From positions 24,612 through 67,006 of the forward strand of contig CAZGHI010000011.1 of assembly GCA_964525565.1 (NCBI GenBank): a stretch of 42,395 bases of DNA, given 5' to 3'. The number at the start of each line of letters is the position of its first letter. The first letter of the stretch is position 1. Positions 7,858 through 15,952 of the stretch are shown piece after piece. Position numbers and translations under genes: made by a program. Source of the stretch: an uncultured Hyphomicrobiales bacterium (lineage in GTDB: Bacteria; Bacteroidota; Ignavibacteria; Kapaibacteriales; Kapaibacteriaceae). Under the pieces are notes generated by a model, which made no database searches, was not told the DNA's origin, and saw only the letters and a list, made by a program, of their open reading frames with translations.

Positions 7858-7865
7858 TAACTTTG
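7858..7865 (+). promoter_or_regulatory. TAACTTTG, matching TAnnTTTG, upstream of rpmH
   Basis: Exact match, 45 nt upstream of the rpmH ATG. Confidence 0.45.
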
Positions 7866-7909
7866 TAATTCTGTCGTTAAATCAGTCTGTATAAGTTGAA
7901 AGCGCAACC

Positions 7910-8056
7910 ATGAAACGAACGTATCAGCCTAGTAAACGCAAACGTGTCAACACACACGGCTTCCGTGCGCGAATGGCAACTAAGAATGGCCGCAAAGTGT
8001 TAAGTCGTCGGCGTGCAAAGGGTCGGTATCGCATCGCTGTTGGCGCAGCGCGGTAA
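7910..8056 (+). CDS. rpmH: 50S ribosomal protein L34
   Basis: Not in the ORF track because it is under 60 aa. My translation is [48 protein letters not shown], with stop TAA at 8054-8056. This is the canonical L34 sequence. Confidence 0.95.
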   Translation: MKRTYQPSKRKRVNTHGFRARMATKNGRKVLSRRRAKGRYRIAVGAAR

Positions 8057-8068
8057 ACAGTTATTCGG

Positions 8069-8464
8069 ATGAACGTACAGCCGCTGAAGGGGTACGGCTC
8101 GTTCGATGAGGTTCTCAGGAGAGGAATCCAATATGCGGTGGGCCCCATAAGGCTCACCGTTCTTGTTGGGGAGCCACATCAAGATGGCGATACACTGCGG
8201 CTGGGTGTGGGAATTAGCAAGCGGCTTGCTAGAAACGCAGTCATTCGAAATCGGGTAAAACGCTTGCTCAGGGTAGCAGCAAAGGCGGTGTGCACACAGT
8301 TGGAAAACCACGTGGAACAGAGCAACATCACAACGATGATACTGTTGTGGAGAGCACCGGTACACAGGTCGAGTGAGATTTCTTTGCAAACAGTTTTGCC
8401 GTACGTGCACAAAGCCGTAATGAAAGCCACTACCATGCGAAATAACGATGGAGACCAACGATGA
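8069..8464 (+). CDS. rnpA: ribonuclease P protein component
   Basis: It sits immediately after rpmH. The RNR-type motif [18 protein letters not shown] is present. Confidence 0.9.
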   Translation: MNVQPLKGYGSFDEVLRRGIQYAVGPIRLTVLVGEPHQDGDTLRLGVGISKRLARNAVIRNRVKRLLRVAAKAVCTQLENHVEQSNITTMILLWRAPVHRSSEISLQTVLPYVHKAVMKATTMRNNDGDQR

Positions 8465-8700
8465 GGTGGCTTGCATTGCATCTGGTGGCATTATACCGTT
8501 CGTTTATCTCCCCACTGTTCCCTCCATCGTGCAGGTTTGAGCCTACCTGCTCACAGTATGCATACCAGGCCATTCACCGCTTTGGAGTTCTGCGCGGCGG
8601 ATGGATGGCCATCAAGCGAATTAGTAAATGTCATCCTATGCACCCAGGCGGGTACGATCCCGTGCCGGGAGAAAACGACTACCACTCTCAATCTCTGTAG
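8461..8700 (+). CDS. yidD: membrane protein insertion efficiency factor YidD
   Basis: [59 protein letters not shown] is the canonical YidD sequence. There is an ATGA overlap with the rnpA stop. Confidence 0.92.
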   Translation: MRWLALHLVALYRSFISPLFPPSCRFEPTCSQYAYQAIHRFGVLRGGWMAIKRISKCHPMHPGGYDPVPGENDYHSQSL

Positions 8701-8705
8701 CTACT

Positions 8706-10571
8706 ATGGATCGTTCCTCGCTGATTGGTGTAATTCTCATTGGACTTGTTGTTGCTGCCTGGGTGTTTTTTCAGAGCACAGTTTCTAGGCGTGATGTGAC
8801 TCCCCAAAAAACTGCCGATCGTACAGAGAAAGCAGATGTTGCCCGCAGCGCTGTGGTAAACGTTCCTCTGGAAAGGCAAATCAACACCACGCCTGAACAG
8901 TTGATTACGATAGAAACAGATAACATCATTGCTGTTCTTAGTTCGCATGGCGGAACCATTCGCTCGTGGAAGCTGAAAAACTACAAGCCCTGGTATCGCA
9001 TGGAGATACCTCACGAGCGCGTTGATCTCATTCATAAAGGGGCTCACGAGTTTGGATTCAGTTTCAGGCGTCCGGATGGAAGTCGTATGCTAGCAAAGGA
9101 TATTCCCTTTACATGGAATGTTCCCTCTCAACGCATCCAGGTAACTGGATCCGACAGCGTTACAATTGTAGCAACAGCTACAATGCCAGATGGTGGCAAA
9201 ATCGAGCGTAAGTACACATTCCATGGCTCGCGTTACGCAGTGCACACAAGCCTGATATTGGATGGTATGGAAACGTCCATTCCACAAACAAATAGATTTA
9301 TCAATCTTGAGTGGACAAAGGGGATTCGGTACCAAGAACAAAACTCAGTTGACGAAAGCAACAACGCCGTAGCTATAGCAGCGTACGGAGACGAGATTGA
9401 CGAGCTGGATGCAACGGATTACAATGCACCGGAACAGAGATCTGCTAACGGCGAGATTCGCTATCTGGCTACCAGAACCAAGTATTTTGCTGTTGCCATG
9501 AAGCCCGACGCTGGTTTCGACGGTTCTGTTTTTTACTCTGGTGTTCGCTACGGTGCAAGGAATGGCGGACATGTTGAACAATATACCTTAACCTATAAGC
9601 TGCCATATTCAGGCGGACGTCAAGAGCACAATGTTTTGCTCTATGCAGGTCCTATGCAGTACGATACCTTGGCGCAGTACGGCTTAACCGACGTGATGAA
9701 TTTTGGCTTTAAGTGGATAGTGAAACCCATCGGTGAGTACTTTATGCTGCCGACGATGAAGTTCATTCACAACTTCATCCCTAACTGGGGGATTGCAATA
9801 ATTGTTTTCGGTTTGCTTTTGAAAATCGTATTGTATCCGCTTAGCATATCACAGTTACAGAGCGCCCGTAAAATGCAGTTGGTTGCGCCACTGATGAACG
9901 AAGTTCGCGAGAAGTACAAAGACGACATGCAACGGCAGCAACAGGAAACAATGAAACTCTATGCTGAATACGGGATCAACCCGGCCGGAGGATGTTTGCC
10001 CCTCTTGTTACAGATGCCGTTTTTGTACGCTATGTATGCTGTTCTTAATCTAAATATTGAGCTTCGCCAGGCAGCATTTCTTCCCGTTTGGATAACGGAT
10101 TTGTCGGTACCCGACGTGATTTTCTCGATTCCCTTTAAACTGCCGCTTGTGAACATAGACAAGTTCTCCGGACTGGCACTTGCAATGGGTGCCACGTTGT
10201 TCATTCAACAAAAACAGGTGGTTACCGATCCCCGTCAAAAGGGGCTTGTGTACATTATGCCAATCATGCTTACGCTGATGTTCTCAACGCTTCCGGCTGG
10301 CCTCAATCTCTATTACTTCGTGTTCAATATCGTTGGAATCCTTCAACAGGTGTACATGAAGAAATTTAGTCGCAACCAGCTTACTCTGGCAGACCTGAAG
10401 GCAATGCCCAAAAAAGAGGGCTGGCTTCAACGGAAAATGCGTGAGGCTCAGGAAATGGCTGAAGCCCAGGGACGTAGTTTCCCAGGTCAGCGCTCGTTGC
10501 CCACGAATACGAATGTTGGAGGAGCTGGCAAGATGCCAAAGAACCCCAAAAAGCGTGGCAGAGATCGCTAA
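8706..10571 (+). CDS. yidC: membrane protein insertase YidC (long form with periplasmic domain)
   Basis: ATG at 8706 gives MDRSSLIGVILIGLVVAAWVFF (TM1), followed by a large periplasmic domain. The 60-kDa insertase core follows (WGIAIIVFGLLLKIVLYPLS...KMQLVAPLMNEVREKYKDD...NPAGGCLPLLLQMPF), then a basic C-terminal tail. Confidence 0.92.
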   Translation: MDRSSLIGVILIGLVVAAWVFFQSTVSRRDVTPQKTADRTEKADVARSAVVNVPLERQINTTPEQLITIETDNIIAVLSSHGGTIRSWKLKNYKPWYRMEIPHERVDLIHKGAHEFGFSFRRPDGSRMLAKDIPFTWNVPSQRIQVTGSDSVTIVATATMPDGGKIERKYTFHGSRYAVHTSLILDGMETSIPQTNRFINLEWTKGIRYQEQNSVDESNNAVAIAAYGDEIDELDATDYNAPEQRSANGEIRYLATRTKYFAVAMKPDAGFDGSVFYSGVRYGARNGGHVEQYTLTYKLPYSGGRQEHNVLLYAGPMQYDTLAQYGLTDVMNFGFKWIVKPIGEYFMLPTMKFIHNFIPNWGIAIIVFGLLLKIVLYPLSISQLQSARKMQLVAPLMNEVREKYKDDMQRQQQETMKLYAEYGINPAGGCLPLLLQMPFLYAMYAVLNLNIELRQAAFLPVWITDLSVPDVIFSIPFKLPLVNIDKFSGLALAMGATLFIQQKQVVTDPRQKGLVYIMPIMLTLMFSTLPAGLNLYYFVFNIVGILQQVYMKKFSRNQLTLADLKAMPKKEGWLQRKMREAQEMAEAQGRSFPGQRSLPTNTNVGGAGKMPKNPKKRGRDR

Positions 10572-10781
10572 GGCATTTACCGGCTTGGGGTTGTTGCCGT
10601 GCCGTTCCAAGTTGGAAGAATACTTGGCATAACCCGGGACCTGTACCATGCGTCTTCGTTGGACAGCTCAACAAATATTCTCCATTATTGCCGACACAGG
10701 TACATTGTAACCAAATACTAGCTATTTTATCACTCACACGTTCGTAAACAACTACATGCATTCACCTTGGAGGAAATTCCG

Positions 10782-13187
10782 ATGAGTATTCGGATCCTGT
10801 TTTCCAGTATTGCAGCACTGCTTTGTGCGGTGCTCGTTACTACAACTGTACAGGCACAAAACCAGTATAAGCGCCTGACGGTGATTGAGGAATTTACAAG
10901 CGCCACATGCGGACCCTGTGTACCTGCCAGTGAAGCGCTTCTCGGAACTGTTAAGATGTCGAAAGGTATTGTGTCGATTCGGTACCATATGTGGTGGCCT
11001 GCTGCCGGTGACCCATGGAACGTGGAGAACCCAAACGATAACAAAGCCCGACGCGATTATTATGGAGTTCAGGGAATACCGTATGCCCGTCTCAATGGAG
11101 TTGAAATCAGTCCAACAAATGCAGGAGCAATGCTCGCCGCCGCTGCCGCTGATAATGCTAAAGGAGCGGGAGTTAGTATCGAAGTAACGGAATCAGGTAC
11201 CGGAAATAATCGAAGCGTTACAGTGAAAGTAAATACGGACATTAGTCTTACGAATCATAAACTGCAGGTTGCCGTTGTAAGCCGCTATGCACCGTATCCA
11301 GGATTGGCGTCGTCGCTGCCAAACAGCAACGGAGAAGAAGAATTCTACGATGCTATGAACCTCATGCTACCTGATGCTGGTGGCACCTCGTTGAATATGA
11401 ATGCCGGTGCCGAGCAGACGTTTACGTTTAACTATACAAAGAAAGCCGGCTATACCTGGCCCAAAGATCAGCAGTACATTATTGCTTTCGTACAAAACGA
11501 GGCTACCAAAGCTGTTCTCAACGCCGGAACTAACCGTAAGGTTGTGTACGCTGAAGTAGAATTGGTTAGCCCTGCGTGGGAGCCGATAGACAAGCGCGCT
11601 CAGGCAACAAAACAGGTACGGATTACTAATCCAACGGATAAGGAACTCGTTTGCAATATCGAAGTCACAAATTATGCAAATCTGCAGCAGTCCGGCTGGG
11701 ACGTCACGCTTCCTTCGAATGAAGTTGTTCTTGGACCGAACCAAAGTTCTGTGGTAGGGGTCGTTTCTACAGCTAACAACAGAGCCTTCTTTGCTCCAAT
11801 TGAGTTTACGGTTACGCCGTTTACGACATCTGAATCGGAAGACAATGGCGTGGTGTTTGGGTACTTAACAAATGGATCGCGGGTTGGAGTGTATTACGGA
11901 GCATCACAATTTGCGCAAGGAGCAGCAGTAGCTGCTCTTTCTACAAAGTATGCGCAGGACGTGGCTTACGTTCCTCTTTCGTCTGATGTGCTTGCGGCAT
12001 TTCCTCCGCAAACATCGTTCGAAGCGGTTATTCTTCCTCACGCCTACAACTCCCCAGCAGCCATCCTCACCCTTGTTCCGATTGCAGAGGCCATGCTTCA
12101 AGCAAAGAAAGGCGTTTGGTTAAGCTCTCCAACTGGCCTAGCCATTGCCATGAATGCTCAGAATCAGTCAGTACCCGGCATTCCGGAGTGTAAGGCTTTC
12201 TTTGAACGATATGGCATAGCATGGAAGAGCCAGTCGCAGCGTTTCAGTGGACAGTACGTAACACAATTCGATGCTGCCGGCGTTGCAAATGACGTTATTG
12301 GTAATGGATGGAGTGCCAAGGTAAACGACGCTACCCAGCAGTGGCCGGTGTTTACTCCATACCAAGACATTATTTCACTGCAAAATGCCCTGTGCAAGTC
12401 ATTCCTGTTCACCGATGGAAATTCAACCAACATTGCTGGTGTTCGGTATGAACAAGGCAATGCCAAACTTGTGTTCACCACATTTGGCGCCGAGCATGTT
12501 GGGGTAGAGGCAAAGAGGAACCAACTCTCTGAACGGGTAATCCAGTACCTTCTGCCATCAACACAGTCAAATGCACCACAAATTACTGTTAACGCTGAGA
12601 CGATTTCGTTCGGTAGCGTACCGGTTGGCTCTACGGTTGACAGGACCCTGACGATTACGAACTCAGGGACCGCTGAACTCCAACTTACAGACGTTAGCAT
12701 TGTAGGACCAGATGCCGTCTCTTTTGACGTTGTAGATGGAAGAATTAGCGGTGGTCAGATCGTAACTGTGCAGCCTGGCTCCACATACAATGTTCGCATT
12801 CGATTCCAACCGATGTCTGCAAAAGCAAGTTTTACTGCGTCGGTTAGCATTTCTGCAAATGCAGTTGCACCAGGTGTTCAACTTACCGCTGCAGCGGTAA
12901 CTTCAGTTGAAACCGAAGCCTTTAGTGAAACAGGTGCAATAGCCATGCGTTTAAACGGAGCAAATCCTGTTACTGATCATTCGGCGATTCAGCTTTCGTC
13001 GTCGCAGCCAGTTGTTGTAACCGTTGTAGATAACAGCGGTCGCACGGTAGCAACTCTCCACAATGGTGTAGTTAATGGTACAGAGCAGATTGCCTTGCAA
13101 TCAGCTTCGCTACCATCGGGTATGTACACAGTTGTTGCGTCAACAGGCGATGAGCGTGCTGTACTTACCATTGTTGTTGCGCGCTAA
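10782..13187 (+). CDS. T9SS-secreted multidomain protein: Omp28-/thioredoxin-like N-terminal domain with a TCGPC motif, a choice-of-anchor-D (HYDIN/ASH-like) Ig domain and a Por C-terminal sorting domain
   Basis: GGAGG lies 8 nt upstream of the ATG at 10782. Signal peptide MSIRILFSSIAALLCAVLVTTTVQAQ. Motifs are VIEEFTSATCGPCVPA and ISFGSVPVGSTVDRTLTITNSGTAELQLTDVSIVGPDAVSF. The C-terminal roughly 80 aa (...VVTVVDNSGRTVATL...LPSGMYTVVASTGDERAVLTIVVAR) looks like a T9SS type-A CTD. Confidence 0.75.
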   Translation: MSIRILFSSIAALLCAVLVTTTVQAQNQYKRLTVIEEFTSATCGPCVPASEALLGTVKMSKGIVSIRYHMWWPAAGDPWNVENPNDNKARRDYYGVQGIPYARLNGVEISPTNAGAMLAAAAADNAKGAGVSIEVTESGTGNNRSVTVKVNTDISLTNHKLQVAVVSRYAPYPGLASSLPNSNGEEEFYDAMNLMLPDAGGTSLNMNAGAEQTFTFNYTKKAGYTWPKDQQYIIAFVQNEATKAVLNAGTNRKVVYAEVELVSPAWEPIDKRAQATKQVRITNPTDKELVCNIEVTNYANLQQSGWDVTLPSNEVVLGPNQSSVVGVVSTANNRAFFAPIEFTVTPFTTSESEDNGVVFGYLTNGSRVGVYYGASQFAQGAAVAALSTKYAQDVAYVPLSSDVLAAFPPQTSFEAVILPHAYNSPAAILTLVPIAEAMLQAKKGVWLSSPTGLAIAMNAQNQSVPGIPECKAFFERYGIAWKSQSQRFSGQYVTQFDAAGVANDVIGNGWSAKVNDATQQWPVFTPYQDIISLQNALCKSFLFTDGNSTNIAGVRYEQGNAKLVFTTFGAEHVGVEAKRNQLSERVIQYLLPSTQSNAPQITVNAETISFGSVPVGSTVDRTLTITNSGTAELQLTDVSIVGPDAVSFDVVDGRISGGQIVTVQPGSTYNVRIRFQPMSAKASFTASVSISANAVAPGVQLTAAAVTSVETEAFSETGAIAMRLNGANPVTDHSAIQLSSSQPVVVTVVDNSGRTVATLHNGVVNGTEQIALQSASLPSGMYTVVASTGDERAVLTIVVAR

Positions 13188-13218
13188 CAGATACATCCCA
13201 ACCTTGGCAGTCTTATTC

Positions 13219-13254
13219 AAAGGTCCGTTCACATCACGTGAACGGACCTTTTTC
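13219..13254. terminator. bidirectional intrinsic terminator between convergent genes
   Basis: AAA, then GGTCCGTTCAC (13222-13232), loop ATCAC, GTGAACGGACC (13238-13248), then TTTTT. The stem is a perfect 11 bp, with an A-run and a T-run flanking it for use on either strand. Confidence 0.8.
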
Positions 13255-13264
13255 ATGTAATGCA

Positions 13265-14557
13265 TTATCGGTACCGATACTTGGCATCAGCAGGAAGCGG
13301 TGTACGAAGACGAAAGTCGCCAAAGCCGGTATTATCCTCAAAAACAAATACACGATTGTCGGCATAAAACCACCGTTCGAGTAAGACAGTGTTTGTTGTT
13401 GACGTTGACTTTTCCTTTCGTGGTGGCTCTCCGTAAATGATAAAAACGCGACCCATATCGGTAAGCCATCCGTCTGCGTACGATTTGAATAGTCTGTTAG
13501 CTGTTGCAATACGGTTGTAATACTCAACAAAAGCTTCGTTTACGACTGTATTCGGTGTTGGATCGTGCTTCTTCCAAAACATCTCGAAGCGGTACGTACG
13601 GTCGGCATCATTCTGCGCTGCAAGGATCTCGTCGATTTCAGCCTGGGAAGCAATGTAGGCCAGTTGCTTGATTGCAAGCGCAATGTCGGACATAACGGAA
13701 CCAGCAAGGGTGCGTGGAACAATGTATGGTCTCGAACTCTGCGTAAGTTGCACAGTTGTATCAGGTAGTCCATTTATAACAGGATGCACGGCAACCGTGA
13801 GCTGATACCTCCCGGGTGCAGCACGCTCCCGGAGCCGCAATGGTAGGAAATGCTGCGTAACTCTTTTAGACAGACTGAGCACGTCACCTAGACCCTGACC
13901 TAATGTCCGTCCGTCGGATGTTCTAATTGACCATGAACACGCTATGGACTGAGGGATTTCAACAGTATAGACTTCGAAAAATGCAAAGAGATGAACTTCG
14001 GCACTCCATACCGTGGATCCAATGTATGGTGTGATGGCATATCTACCATTCCTCTCCTCAACCTGACTAACGTACATAACTGACGACATGGAGGGCGTGT
14101 TGCTCAAATCCGGCACAGTTGCTGTGTCCGTCACCGTATAGTCGCGTCGGGCGAACATATCCCTTACCACAACTTCGTATCGGTACGAACCAGGATTCAC
14201 TAAGAATCGTGCTACGCAATTCTCGGATTGTCCGGTAGATCCCTGAGTAACTGCATAACTCTCTTCCACGCGCGACCGCTCGATTGTTGTGTCTGCGATT
14301 TTCCTGCCCACCTTATCCCGCAGTGCAATGGTAGCAGTAAAGCTAGCGGCATATCTGCCATCGTACTGTTGAAACTGCAGAGTTCGGTAGGGAACCGACA
14401 CATAAACATCTACATATTCCTTACCCGTGATGTCCGGGCCGTGAAAAACGAGCAGATCAGTGAGGATAGCCGATCCCTGATGTGGCGGCTGTGCTACAGA
14501 AAATGCCGGTGCACACCAAACAAGCCAAGCAGACAGAAACAAACGGCGAATGGTCAT
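13265..14557 (-). CDS. GWxTD domain-containing protein
   Basis: Signal peptide MTIRRLFLSAWLVWCAPAFSVAQ. The C-terminal part FWKKHDPTPNTVVNEAFVEYYNRIATANRLF...DGWLTDMGRVFIIYGEP carries the GWxTD signature. Confidence 0.8.
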   Translation of the reverse strand: MTIRRLFLSAWLVWCAPAFSVAQPPHQGSAILTDLLVFHGPDITGKEYVDVYVSVPYRTLQFQQYDGRYAASFTATIALRDKVGRKIADTTIERSRVEESYAVTQGSTGQSENCVARFLVNPGSYRYEVVVRDMFARRDYTVTDTATVPDLSNTPSMSSVMYVSQVEERNGRYAITPYIGSTVWSAEVHLFAFFEVYTVEIPQSIACSWSIRTSDGRTLGQGLGDVLSLSKRVTQHFLPLRLRERAAPGRYQLTVAVHPVINGLPDTTVQLTQSSRPYIVPRTLAGSVMSDIALAIKQLAYIASQAEIDEILAAQNDADRTYRFEMFWKKHDPTPNTVVNEAFVEYYNRIATANRLFKSYADGWLTDMGRVFIIYGEPPRKEKSTSTTNTVLLERWFYADNRVFVFEDNTGFGDFRLRTPLPADAKYRYR

Positions 14558-14593
14558 GAGTAAAGGTACAATTCCATGAATGGATAGGAAATA

Positions 14594-15877
14594 TCAGATG
14601 CGTACATTCAGTTTCCAGATGTCGTGTGCACCTTTTGAAAGCATTTCACGATCGTCCGGATGAGCTACCGAAATGAGTGCTTCCGCACGTTGCCGAAATG
14701 TTTTACCATGTAAGTAAGCAATACCGAATTCGGTAACCACATAGTGCACGTGAGCACGGGATGTTACCACTCCGGCACCAGGCTTCAATAGTGGAACCAC
14801 TCGGGCAATTCCCTTACTTGTGCGTGAAGGTAATGCAATTATTGGTTTACCGCCTTCGCTCAACGATGCTCCTCGCACAAAATCCACTTGGCCACCCACA
14901 CCACTAAAGGGGGCTGTGCCTATCGAGTCGGCGCACACCTGTCCGGTAAGGTCAACTTCAATAGCACTGTTGATCGAAGTCACCTTCGGATTCTGCTGGA
15001 TAACCGTTGGTCTGTTCACATAGGCAACATCGAGCATAGCCACTACCGGATTGTCGTCAACAAAATCATAGAGTCTTCGCGTGCCCATTACGAAGGTTGA
15101 GACAATCTTCCCTCGATGTTTTTTCTTGAATTTGCCGGTTATCACGCCTTGTTCGTAAAGATCAACGAGCCCGTCGCTGAACATTTCTGTGTGAACACCC
15201 AAATCACGATGTCCGGTGAGTTCAGACAACACAGCGTCCGGAATTGCTCCAATGCCCATTTGTATTGTTGCGCCATCGTCAACGAGTTCAGCAACGTATT
15301 TTCCGATTCGAGACTCCTGCTCAGAGAGTACGGGTCGCGGCACTTCCGGGAGATTTTCTTCCCAAGGAACCAAATACGAGATGCGCGATGCATGAACAAG
15401 CGCATCACCATGAGTTCGCGGCATCTGAGGGTTAACCTGGGCAATAACCAGTTCGGCGCTGTGTAAAGCGGCGTGCGCTGCCTCCACGGTAACGCCAAGC
15501 GAGCAAAACCCATGTTTGTCGGGAGGCGACACCTGGATAAGGGCAACATCAATGTCCAGTTGGCCACTGTAAAAGAGATTAGGTATTTCACTCAAAAACA
15601 CCGGTGTGTAGTCGGCACGGCCTTCTTGCACAGCCTGCCGCATGTTCCCACCTATAAACAGACTGTTTACTCGGAAGCTTTCGGCATACTCCGGAAGTGC
15701 ATATGGTGCCGGCCCTTCTGTGTGCAAGTGCACGATTTCAACATTCCGCAAACGTTGAGCTTGGTTTACCAGCTCGCGAATAAGGTGCTGAGGTGCAGCG
15801 GCAACACTATGTAAGTAGATTCGATGGCCAGAGCGAATGTGTGAAATCGCGGCTTCGGCTGTTGTGACATGTCCCAT
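14594..15877 (-). CDS. acetyl-CoA hydrolase/transferase family protein (4-hydroxybutyrate / succinyl-CoA:acetate CoA-transferase-like)
   Basis: The length (427 aa) and the motifs QMGIGAIPDAVL, HTEMFSDG and INSAIEVDLTGQV...GGQVDF are typical of the Cat/AbfT family. Confidence 0.85.
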   Translation of the reverse strand: MGHVTTAEAAISHIRSGHRIYLHSVAAAPQHLIRELVNQAQRLRNVEIVHLHTEGPAPYALPEYAESFRVNSLFIGGNMRQAVQEGRADYTPVFLSEIPNLFYSGQLDIDVALIQVSPPDKHGFCSLGVTVEAAHAALHSAELVIAQVNPQMPRTHGDALVHASRISYLVPWEENLPEVPRPVLSEQESRIGKYVAELVDDGATIQMGIGAIPDAVLSELTGHRDLGVHTEMFSDGLVDLYEQGVITGKFKKKHRGKIVSTFVMGTRRLYDFVDDNPVVAMLDVAYVNRPTVIQQNPKVTSINSAIEVDLTGQVCADSIGTAPFSGVGGQVDFVRGASLSEGGKPIIALPSRTSKGIARVVPLLKPGAGVVTSRAHVHYVVTEFGIAYLHGKTFRQRAEALISVAHPDDREMLSKGAHDIWKLNVRI

Positions 15878-15902
15878 AAAGTGTCAGGTAGGTGGTAGTC
15901 CG

Positions 15903-15910
15903 CAAAGTTA
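15903..15910 (-). promoter_or_regulatory. TAACTTTG on the minus strand (CAAAGTTA on plus), matching TAnnTTTG
   Basis: Exact match, 26-33 nt upstream of the CoA-transferase ATG at 15877. Confidence 0.4.
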
Positions 15911-15952
15911 TGGTTTGGTATCTTCGGGCTCACTTTGGAAGCGAGTTTATTC

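Noticed and set aside
8628-8705. An upstream extension of yidC that overlaps yidD.
   Set aside because: It is an Arg-rich out-of-frame overlap with a well-supported yidD. ATG 8706 gives the canonical YidC N-terminal TM helix.
10572-10781. The 210-bp yidC / T9SS-cargo spacer, checked for a tRNA, small RNA, riboswitch or small ORF (including ORF 10441-10632 and a 20-codon ATG ORF at about 10648).
   Set aside because: There is no T-loop (GTTCRANYC) or cloverleaf. The only hairpin is weak (CCAAGT/ACTTGG, 6 bp). The ORFs lack start context or overlap the yidC tail. Nothing can be supported by eye.
12164-12700. A 178-aa minus-strand ORF inside the T9SS cargo gene.
   Set aside because: It is a shadow ORF opposite a CDS with clear domain signatures. 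It has no signal peptide or recognisable motifs.
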